From Collinsella aerofaciens (lineage in GTDB: Bacteria; Actinomycetota; Coriobacteriia; Coriobacteriales; Coriobacteriaceae): DNA of 64,000 nt. The DNA is taken from NCBI GenBank assembly GCA_905213325.1, contig CAJMHW010000004.1:2455-66454 (forward strand). The letters are read 5' to 3'. Under the pieces are notes generated by a model. The model did no database searches and had not been told where the DNA came from. It worked only from the letters and a program-made list of their open reading frames with translations. Positions 17,401 to 24,158 of this stretch are shown here, in pieces (the first letter of the stretch is position 1; each line of letters starts with the position of its first letter). Position numbers and translations under genes: made by a program.

Positions 17401-17505
17401 CTCGGGCACGGTCTCGCAGCGCTCGACGGCAAAACCGTGACAGATGGTACCGGGCACCAGCAGTGCGGCAGCAGCGGCGCGCGGGTCGGTTGAGGTGGTG
17501 GACAT
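14467..17505 (-). CDS. M16-family (insulinase/PreP-like) zinc metallopeptidase, ~1012 aa
   Basis: HILEH (HxxEH) zinc motif near the N-terminus. Start at ATG 17505 after AAAGGAGAC. The listed ORF extends further upstream without support. Confidence 0.85.
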   Translation of the reverse strand: MSTTSTDPRAAAAALLVPGTICHGFAVERCETVPELDSDAYVLRHTASGARLLYLACDDENKAFAIGFKTPPADSTGVFHILEHSVLCGSAKFPVKEPFVDLIKSSMQTFLNAMTYPDKTIYPVATTNEQDLYNLMDVYLDAVFNPAIYTKPTIFQQEGWHYELDLPESAEGEGDGSSASLREGTLRYNGVVFNEMKGALSDPMSVLDDAVNAALYPDTAYAHESGGDPRAIPALTYEQFLDTHARHYNPSNSYITLYGDLDVDRALAFLDERYLSQPSAASRRMDAAVAAGEDPSTLAPNPLGVQAPVTCEYKRVEMATTPENALVGLGLVLGSALDRKRTIAADILFEALLGSNEAPVKKAILAAGLGGNVVSYTAAESLQPYELIMLQNAQPGVARELRRVFQDACRDLCEHGVPRERLEAIISSNEYDLRQRDYGIADGVAIACDALSTWLYDDDAATLALKYGPVYEELRSELDGSYFEDLLRELVLQNDHMALVELVPVDAAEGSEGAEAAELAAKRDAMTDAELADVVERTAALRAAQEAEDTPEAKATLPRLRVSDIGEAHPEQPLIVDTTAPIPCLRHGIPTNRLAYAMQYFDLSCVAFEDLPYVTLLCRLLKQLPTREHSAEELDNLLAGKLGFLSFTTEVMTQPDVDGVRPYLLVSAGALSEKIDALASLPREVWSSTLLADADADRVRDVLTQIRIGLEQGFINNGHSTALGRAMSYSSPSAVVREQLSGVDFYLFLRDLLDHFDERVDGLRTKLAELAERIFVADGCMASFTGSDEDFDAYWDAAGDLGLGAGDGAASGTLVVPEPRDRHEAFVIPSDICFAARACDPRRLGIDVTGAWAVAANALSYDYLWNEIRVKGGAYGCGFRAAGERQTAFYTYRDPAIDPSIERVKRAGAWLGSFEPDEAAFEGFIVSCVSGMDAPVKPYALTKRRNTTYLAGLDPHAREERRAQMLAATPGELRSLGADVTRIAAESPTCVFGGREVIAKSNAGFNVVDLMG

Positions 17506-17640
17506 ATGCAGTCTCCTTTGACGCCCCAGCGGGGGCGAATCGAGTCGAATCCCCGAGAGTATACCCATATGGGGCCGCGGCTCTGCGGCGAACTGAAGAC
17601 GATGCTGGCGGATTGGGCAAAGGCCCCGCGTGACCGCCGC

Positions 17641-17770
17641 GCGAGCGTGGAAACTTGGACGCCTATCGAATGAGAGTGGATTTTCGGACGGAATCAGCCT
17701 CAAAACGCCCAAAAACCGTCCAAATATCCACCCTCATTTTCCGACCGTCCAAAATCCACGCTCATCCGCC
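17641..17770. repeat. TCCACGCTCAT repeat family, locus 2 (four copies: two reverse, two forward)
   Basis: Copies at 17641-17661 and 17668-17691 (reverse) and 17716-17740 and 17745-17770 (forward). Consensus CCGTCCAAAATCCACGCTCATYC. Confidence 0.8.
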
Positions 17771-17778
17771 GCCCACAC

Positions 17779-17862
17779 ATCTCTCATATCTCATTCGTCT
17801 CTAATATGAGAGATAACAGAAAGATGAGAGATAATTACAAGAGATAACTGAGAGACGAAGGA
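17779..17862 (+). promoter_or_regulatory. AT-rich array of TGAGAGATAA-type direct repeats plus an 11-bp inverted repeat upstream of the AlbA_2-type gene
   Basis: ATCTCTCATAT (17779-17789) pairs with ATATGAGAGAT (17804-17814). TGAGAGAYRA-like units start near 17807, 17825, 17839 and 17849. Confidence 0.5.
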
Positions 17863-17909
17863 AATTTATTCGCGGCATTCTCCGCAGAACCGAGCGAAAG
17901 GACGTGCAG

Positions 17910-19376
17910 ATGAACGAAAACGAACTGACCGGTCTGCTCGAGTCTTTAAGGCGCATGGGCTCGGACGATTTTAACGTCGAGGTCAAGGAGAGCGCCACGA
18001 CGCTTTCCCGCGACGTATGGGAAACGGTCAGCGCTTTCGCAAACACCGCCGGCGGCATCATCGTACTCGGAGTGAGCGAGCGCGCGGGTTTTGTCCCAGT
18101 TGCAAACTTTGAGACCGAGAAAGTGCTCAACCAATTCGTGGCGGGCATGGGCGATGCGGGCGGTCGCGGAAAGCTGGCCAATCCGCCCAAATACGCGATC
18201 GAGCGAGTGGAGCTTCAGGGCGTCATCGTTCTCGTCATTACGATTGAGGAGCTCGACCCGTCGAGCAAGCCTTGCTATGTCATAGAGCGGGGCGCTCAAG
18301 GTGGCAGCTACAAACGCATCGATGACAAAGATGTCCCGCTTTCGTCGACCGAGGTTTTGGCACTGCCGTCATATGAGCGGACGAGTCCTAGCGATCGCGA
18401 TGCGGTGCCCGGCACGAGTGTGGGCGATCTCGACGAGTCGCTGGTCGACCGCACGATAGAGCGTGCCTATTCGTTGACGCCTCGAGCGATGCGCGGTGCG
18501 GCGGACAAGAAGACAAAGATGGAGCGTCTGAATTTCCTCGACTTCCAGGGCAATGTTACCAAGGCCGGCCTCCTTGCCGCGGGCGTTTACCCTCAGCAGT
18601 TCTATCCCAAGCTCTTCATTGACGTGGCTGTCCATGCGGGAACTCAGAAGGGCATGGCGGGGTCGCTGAGGTTCATGGACCGCACAATCTGTGAGGGAAC
18701 GTTGGGCGAGATGATCTCGGATGCCGTCGCAGCCGTCGCCAAGAATTTGCGGCGAACCTCGACCGTCCAAGGCGTCTCGCGTGTCGACTCGCTTGAGATT
18801 CCCGAGGAGGTTCTGCGCGAGGCAATCGCCAATGCCGTAATCCATCGAGAATACGGGGATCGGTTCTGTGGACAATCGATCGCCGTCGACGTCTTTGACG
18901 ATCGTGTCGAGGTGACGAATCCTGGCGGCCTTTACGGGGGAAAGACTCGCGAGAACTTGTTTGACGGCAGCTCCCGATGCCGTAACGCGACGCTTGTGAA
19001 GCTCATGTCGATTGTCCCGCTGCCGGATGGCGCAGGTTCGCCGGCTGAGGGCAATGGCTCGGGCATCCCGATGATGATCGATGCCATGCGCGCGCATGGT
19101 CTGGCCGATCCCCTGTTCTGCCCGGGATTCGATCGGTTCAAGGTCGTACTTTACCGTTCAAAGATCGAGCCGGTCGATCATGGCGGGGGCTTAATTGTGA
19201 CGGCACTCAAACACTACGGCGAGCTGGGGACGCGCGAGCTGGCAGAGCACACAGGGCTCACAATTTCCCAGGTTAGGTCGCGCGTCAACGCGCTCATTGC
19301 TCAAGGCGAGCTTGAGCCCACGGCGCCGGCGACGAGCCGCAACCGCAAGTATCGACTGTCGGAGCGCGTGGGATAG
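17910..19376 (+). CDS. AlbA_2 (Schlafen-like) / HATPase_c_4 / C-terminal wHTH protein, usually annotated 'ATP-dependent DNA helicase RecG-like' or 'transcriptional regulator'
   Basis: N-terminus (ESLRRMGSDDFNVEVKES....VWETVSAFANTAGGIIVLGV) is typical of AlbA_2. The middle has EAIANAVIHREY..I.V.VFDDRVEVTNPGG, and a C-terminal HTH follows. GTG 17904 is an alternative start. Confidence 0.7.
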   Translation: MNENELTGLLESLRRMGSDDFNVEVKESATTLSRDVWETVSAFANTAGGIIVLGVSERAGFVPVANFETEKVLNQFVAGMGDAGGRGKLANPPKYAIERVELQGVIVLVITIEELDPSSKPCYVIERGAQGGSYKRIDDKDVPLSSTEVLALPSYERTSPSDRDAVPGTSVGDLDESLVDRTIERAYSLTPRAMRGAADKKTKMERLNFLDFQGNVTKAGLLAAGVYPQQFYPKLFIDVAVHAGTQKGMAGSLRFMDRTICEGTLGEMISDAVAAVAKNLRRTSTVQGVSRVDSLEIPEEVLREAIANAVIHREYGDRFCGQSIAVDVFDDRVEVTNPGGLYGGKTRENLFDGSSRCRNATLVKLMSIVPLPDGAGSPAEGNGSGIPMMIDAMRAHGLADPLFCPGFDRFKVVLYRSKIEPVDHGGGLIVTALKHYGELGTRELAEHTGLTISQVRSRVNALIAQGELEPTAPATSRNRKYRLSERVG

Positions 19377-19476
19377 ATGCGTTAGTGGACGAGGCGACCC
19401 AATAATCGACCCTCGATTGACGTCCATTAAGGTAAAGCGGTTGTTGCCCAGTCGATGGTAATGCTAAAGACTCGGC

Positions 19477-19968
19477 TTACGCCGGCATGGCCCCGAACCC
19501 GTCTATCAAGAACAGCCTAAGAACCAGCTTGATGACATTTCCCGGTTTGACTTCAGCCGTGCCAAAGACGCTGCGCTCGGCGAGCTCGCTGCAGTATGCA
19601 TAGATGTCGCGGATAAGGTCCGCGCCCGAAAGCGTAAACATGTAGCCTGCGTCCGAAAGCGCATTGGGCGCGGCGGGCAACTTGGCCATGTGGCAGAACG
19701 TTTGCAGGTCGGGCGCCATAACATTCTGGTAGTCGAGGTGGCCGCTGGCATCCTGTTCGGCAAGCTCCAATTGGCGCACAAAATCCAGCGCCGCCGCTAA
19801 CACAAAGCTCGGTGTAGGCGCATTGACGTCCTGAGTGGTCGCCACAAGCCTGCCCGCTGCCTGCGTGATAAGCCAGGCGACCTCGCGCTGGCAACGCACG
19901 GCCTTGCGCGTAACCGGCCTGATGGACGAAGAAGAAACGCTTCCCTTAGGCGGATTCGAAACAGCCAC
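19477..19968 (-). CDS. Hypothetical protein, 163 aa, no recognisable motif
   Basis: Longest ORF in its interval and divergent from the HNH gene. Coding status is supported only by length and position. Confidence 0.4.
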   Translation of the reverse strand: MAVSNPPKGSVSSSSIRPVTRKAVRCQREVAWLITQAAGRLVATTQDVNAPTPSFVLAAALDFVRQLELAEQDASGHLDYQNVMAPDLQTFCHMAKLPAAPNALSDAGYMFTLSGADLIRDIYAYCSELAERSVFGTAEVKPGNVIKLVLRLFLIDGFGAMPA

Positions 19969-20183
19969 AAGAACCTCCCATGAACGAACCGGCCCAACAA
20001 GCCCGGATGAAACACGTGCTACATCAGTATACAGGGGAGTGGGGCAGCGGGGTACAAGCGCGCCAGCGGCAAACCGAGAGCATCAACGATGTGCCGATCG
20101 CGGAATGAGATCTCGTAATAATTGACTCTCGGCCATATTATTGAGGGGCATGACTCGCGTTCGTATGGTTGTAGGTGCTGGCG

Positions 20184-21266
20184 ATGAACGACATTGACCT
20201 TGCTGTTCCGTTGATGGATGGACCAAGCTATGACCGTGCCTGCAGTCTCGTGCCTTCCGAATACGTTGAGGCATGGGAGTGGTTTCTGGGTGAGGAACAG
20301 CGCGGCGGCGTTTGGACCAGCCTTCCGCACCACACCAAGGAAGATAGCCCTCAGTATCAGTATCGTTTGAGAATTGGCTCGGACTTCTTTCCCGTAACGC
20401 GGGATTCAGGGATCTTCTGGCCGGGCCAGGATCGGGTGAAGCAAGATCCCAATAAGATCTTTGCGCTTTCGGTCCATAACTCTAAAAAGAGCTTCTACAC
20501 CGATGTGCCTCCGCTCTATTTGGACGATGGTACGTGGGTCATTAAGTACTCGGTTCAAGCGCCGGGTACCGTTGGTTTTCGAGACCAGAATTACAACCGT
20601 AAAATGCTCAACTGCATGGAATGTGGCGTTCCAGTCGGAGTCATATTTGCAACCGAGGTAGGCTACAAGGTGCTCGGCCTTGCGTTTGTTGAGCGGTTCG
20701 AGCCCGAAAACGGATGGTTTGTTCTGCACGGTCCTGTTCATAAAGGCGGACCGGACCCTCGTTTTGCACCCGACATGAGTTATCTGAAGCACATGCCCGT
20801 CGATATTGAGTTTACCGGACAGGGTACGACCGACGACGAAAAGGTCCGCTATGCGTTAAGGCGCGAGCGATTGGGGCAGCAATGGTTCCGCAAACAGCTC
20901 GTTGCCGCCTATGATGGCCGTTGCGCGGTGTCGGACTGCGGCGTCAGCGAAGCTCTGGAGGCTGCACATATCGAGAATTACTCGGGACCCAAATCGCAGG
21001 TTGCCAGCAACGGCATTCTGCTTCGGCGCGATCTTCATTCCCTATTTGATGCTCACCTGATTTCGTTTGAGCCTGTTTGCGGCGAATATCGGCTGTGCGG
21101 ATCGTACCTGCTGGATAAGACCGACTACGTTTCCTTTGCGGGTGCGACGCTAAGGCAGCCGAATGAACGTCAGTGGCGACCCAATACGGTGTTTCTTGAG
21201 GCCCATCGCATTGAGTTCGATCGCTCGGAAAAGAAGCGTGAAAAGGCGGGGCTTCTGCCGTATTAG
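20184..21266 (+). CDS. HNH endonuclease with an N-terminal PUA/SRA-like putative DNA-reader region
   Basis: The C-terminus (GRCAVSDCGVSEALEAAHIENYSG....NGILLRRDLHSLFDAHLISFEP) is an HNH_2-type motif. Upstream, NYNRKMLNCMECGVPVGVIFATEVGYKVLGLAFVERFEPENGWFVLHGP resembles SRA/PUA-like strands. GTG 20175 is an alternative start. Confidence 0.7.
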   Translation: MNDIDLAVPLMDGPSYDRACSLVPSEYVEAWEWFLGEEQRGGVWTSLPHHTKEDSPQYQYRLRIGSDFFPVTRDSGIFWPGQDRVKQDPNKIFALSVHNSKKSFYTDVPPLYLDDGTWVIKYSVQAPGTVGFRDQNYNRKMLNCMECGVPVGVIFATEVGYKVLGLAFVERFEPENGWFVLHGPVHKGGPDPRFAPDMSYLKHMPVDIEFTGQGTTDDEKVRYALRRERLGQQWFRKQLVAAYDGRCAVSDCGVSEALEAAHIENYSGPKSQVASNGILLRRDLHSLFDAHLISFEPVCGEYRLCGSYLLDKTDYVSFAGATLRQPNERQWRPNTVFLEAHRIEFDRSEKKREKAGLLPY

Positions 21267-21388
21267 CGTATTTGGCTTTGGCATTCTTTGACAATCGTGT
21301 TGTTTGATCGGATCGCGTGGCGATGCAATATCGCGCCCACCCGCCGGTGCATGCTCTTCCTGATTTGTATAGCGAGAGGGGAGCGTGT

Positions 21389-21673
21389 ATGAGCTGGCGA
21401 GGCGATATTGCGATGGGGAAGTACGGAAAACTGCCGTGTGCCCTTATAGACAACAATATGTTTCCGAGCGTAGAGGTTGATTGCGGGTCGTTTGTCGTCA
21501 CCTGCCCTTGCTGCGGCTCGCAAATACCGTGTCTCGACATTCGGTTCATCGATGCGCGCGACAGACTCAGCGACGAAGTGAGAAAACGGACGGGCGTTCA
21601 TATGCCGGTGTATCCGGAGAAATGCCCTGTTTGTGGCCTCGATATCGTGTACGACGCCGGCGACGAGGGATAG
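21389..21673 (+). CDS. Small zinc-ribbon protein (CPCC..CPVC), hypothetical
   Basis: ATG 21389 lies 6 nt after GAGAGGGGA, and two CxxC pairs are present. The listed ORF starts at 21317. Confidence 0.35.
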   Translation: MSWRGDIAMGKYGKLPCALIDNNMFPSVEVDCGSFVVTCPCCGSQIPCLDIRFIDARDRLSDEVRKRTGVHMPVYPEKCPVCGLDIVYDAGDEG

Positions 21674-21710
21674 GTGATGCGGAGGAGTTGGCTGTGAGTG
21701 TCTTTTGCCT

Positions 21711-22397
21711 CTACAAATAAACCCCCTCACCGAGTTGCCTGTGGAACTCGGCGTGATGGTCGCGTGCCCAGGTAAAGAGCGCCTGGTCAAAGTCGGTACG
21801 CGTGGCCGGGACGCCAAATACGCCGGCAACTTCGACGCGCACAAACTCCAGTGCCGGCAGCTTGTTGATGGCAGTGAGGGCAAACGGGGACGAGGGCTCC
21901 TCGAACAGATAGCGGCTGCCTTGCAGCGCGTCGCAACTGGTGCACGTGTTGCCGAGCGACGGGGCTTTGGAGGCTCGCGCGCCTACGGGCTTGTAGCCGC
22001 AGCGCTTATGAAGGTAGTCGCGGATCTCGCCCGGTACGCAGCCAAGAGCGGGCACGATGGCGAGTGCGTTGGCGTTGGCCGTGTCGATGGCAATGTACCC
22101 GGCTTCGTTGGGCGCGTGCGCGATGGCGATGCTCTCGTCGTTATCGGTTCGATAGGGAATGCCGAAGGCTGCGACCGAGGTCTCTTTGTGACACTTCCAG
22201 CACTCGCGCTTGCCCAGTACTAGATATATATACGGCGCTGAGGGGTCGGATCGGTCAACACCGGGCAGCCACTCGGCAAAGGGCTCGGGGTTGACGCCGC
22301 TGGGTACATACCAGATCTTCTTGGTCCGGTCCCATTTGGCGCCCAGCGCCTTGGCTTCTTCTTTGTGCGAAAAGGGGACATCGAGCTCGGTGCGCAT
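21711..22397 (-). CDS. DUF5710-like N-terminal domain protein with CxxC pairs
   Basis: MRTELDVPFSHKEEAKALGAKWDRTKKIWYVP matches the DUF5710 signature as I recall it. CWKC and CTSC pairs are present. ATG 22397 follows AAGGAG. Confidence 0.5.
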   Translation of the reverse strand: MRTELDVPFSHKEEAKALGAKWDRTKKIWYVPSGVNPEPFAEWLPGVDRSDPSAPYIYLVLGKRECWKCHKETSVAAFGIPYRTDNDESIAIAHAPNEAGYIAIDTANANALAIVPALGCVPGEIRDYLHKRCGYKPVGARASKAPSLGNTCTSCDALQGSRYLFEEPSSPFALTAINKLPALEFVRVEVAGVFGVPATRTDFDQALFTWARDHHAEFHRQLGEGVYL

Positions 22398-22578
22398 GGC
22401 GGCTCCTTGGTGCTGCAGGTGCAAGTGGCTCAAGGATACCGCAGGGCGCAGACATCGCGGCGTTTTGCTGAGAAGTTGCGGTGCGGACTGATTGGTTATG
22501 CCGATGAATAGATCGGCAAGTAGATGGTCGGCTTTTGGCTAGTTGGGCGGTTGGAGCTGCCAGCTGATTTGGCGACAT

Positions 22579-22614
22579 AAAACAAAACAGCTCAGAGACA
22601 TAGCCTCTGAGCTG
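22579..22614 (-). terminator. Terminator downstream of tRNA-Val
   Basis: CAGCTCAGAG/CTCTGAGCTG stem, followed by TTTTGTTTT on the minus strand. Confidence 0.7.
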
Positions 22615-22622
22615 TGAACATT

Positions 22623-22697
22623 TGGTGGGCGTTAGAAGATTTGAACTTCTGACCTCTTCCGTGTCAGGGAAGCGCTCTCCCCCTGAGCTAAACGCCC
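22623..22697 (-). tRNA. tRNA-Val (anticodon GAC), CCA encoded
   Basis: The reverse complement folds as a cloverleaf: acceptor GGGCGTT/AACGCCC, anticodon stem CTTCC/GGAAG with loop CTGACAC, and T-loop TTCAAAT. Confidence 0.9.
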
Positions 22698-22986
22698 GAT
22701 CAAGGGTGCGCAAGCGCGCAAGGGATAATATAACGGAGCCTGAACTCGGTGGCAAGAACATTTTTAAAAATCGCTTACATTGTGGAATTCGGGGGCTTTG
22801 TCATATCCATTTCAAAAGAGCCTGCTGCCGCGATTTGGCTGTTGCATAATGCAAGCCCATTGTGGTATCGAGCTATGGAAAGACGTCTGCGGAATTGTCC
22901 TACCGATAAACGGACAAGCCTCCAGCTGGTGCCTTTGCCGTGGTAAGGTAAGCCGAATTGCTTCCAGACTGTTTCGGGGGAGTGGA

Positions 22987-24009
22987 ATGAGCAAAGAGTG
23001 TGTCGAGCAGGTCGAAGGCGCAGGGGCTTCGGTGCCGATGACCGATATATCGAACATTGATGTGCCCGAGGGCACCGACGAGCTCAGCCGCAACACCCGT
23101 CGCGCATGGCGCGACCGCCTGAACAGCGCTTCGACGCGCAAGATGATCACGGGCGTCTTGGCTACGCTGGTGGGCGGTTCGTTTTGGGGCTTCTCGGGCA
23201 CCAGCGCGAGTTTTTTGTTCGATACCTACCATGTCGATACGCTGTGGCTTATGAGCGTGCGTCAGATTCTCGCCGGCCTGCTCTTTATGGCTGTGGTTGT
23301 CACGCGCGACCGCGCACGCCTGGTCAAGCTTTGGACGACGCCCGCTGATCGCAAGCAGCTGCTGCTCTTTACCGCTTTTGGCCTGCTGTTCAACCAGTTT
23401 TGCTATCTTTCGGCCGTGCGCCTGACGAACGCCGGAACCGCGACGGTGCTCCAGTGCCTGCAGCTCGTTATCATCATGGGCTACGCCTGCGTGACCGATC
23501 GCCGTATGCCGCGTACTCGCGAAGTCATCGGCATTGGCCTGGCTCTGGGTGGAACCTTTTTAATCGCCACCGGCGGCGACCCCACCAGCCTGAATATCTC
23601 GCCGCTTGGCCTGGCAGCAGGTCTTATGTGTGCGGTCAGCGCCGCGTGTATGGCGGTGATTCCCGCCAAGATCCTGCCCGAATACGGCAGCCCCATCGTC
23701 ACGGGCTCGGCAATGCTCACGGCGGGCGTGGTCTCGTGCGTCTTCGTGCAGCCCTGGGCGCATATGCCGGCGCTCGACGCTGCCGGCATCGAGGCGCTCG
23801 CGGTGTTCGTGGTTATCGGCTCGTTTTTTGCTTACATGCTTTATATGCAGGGCGTTAAGGACATCGGCTCGGTGCGCGCGAGCCTCATCGGAACTGTGGA
23901 GCCGGTTTCGGCGACCATCACCAGCGCCGTTATGCTGGGGACGGTGTTTTTGCCGACCGACCTTATCGGCTTTGTCATGATCATCGTGATGATGTTCCTT
24001 ACGGTGTAG
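22987..24009 (+). CDS. EamA/DMT-family transporter
   Basis: About 10-TM ORF with a duplicated EamA-like architecture. Start chosen at ATG 22987 after GGGGGAGTGGA. The listed ORF begins at 22780. Confidence 0.75.
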   Translation: MSKECVEQVEGAGASVPMTDISNIDVPEGTDELSRNTRRAWRDRLNSASTRKMITGVLATLVGGSFWGFSGTSASFLFDTYHVDTLWLMSVRQILAGLLFMAVVVTRDRARLVKLWTTPADRKQLLLFTAFGLLFNQFCYLSAVRLTNAGTATVLQCLQLVIIMGYACVTDRRMPRTREVIGIGLALGGTFLIATGGDPTSLNISPLGLAAGLMCAVSAACMAVIPAKILPEYGSPIVTGSAMLTAGVVSCVFVQPWAHMPALDAAGIEALAVFVVIGSFFAYMLYMQGVKDIGSVRASLIGTVEPVSATITSAVMLGTVFLPTDLIGFVMIIVMMFLTV

Positions 24010-24158
24010 CTAGCGCCGCCGCCAAGACGGAAAAGGTGTTGTGCCGCATTTTCGCCAATTGATGTCCGTGTCTGGAGTTTAGCTGTCGATGCTCAAAATG
24101 CCATAAACTAGCAACGTTATGGACTTTTTCATTGCGACTCAATTGCGAGGATTTCTTT

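Noticed and set aside
17713-22622. Active integrative element or prophage at tRNA-Val.
   Set aside because: No integrase, excisionase, transposase or phage structural gene is present. I found no direct repeat of the tRNA 3' end at the far border. It is kept only as a compositionally distinct islet.
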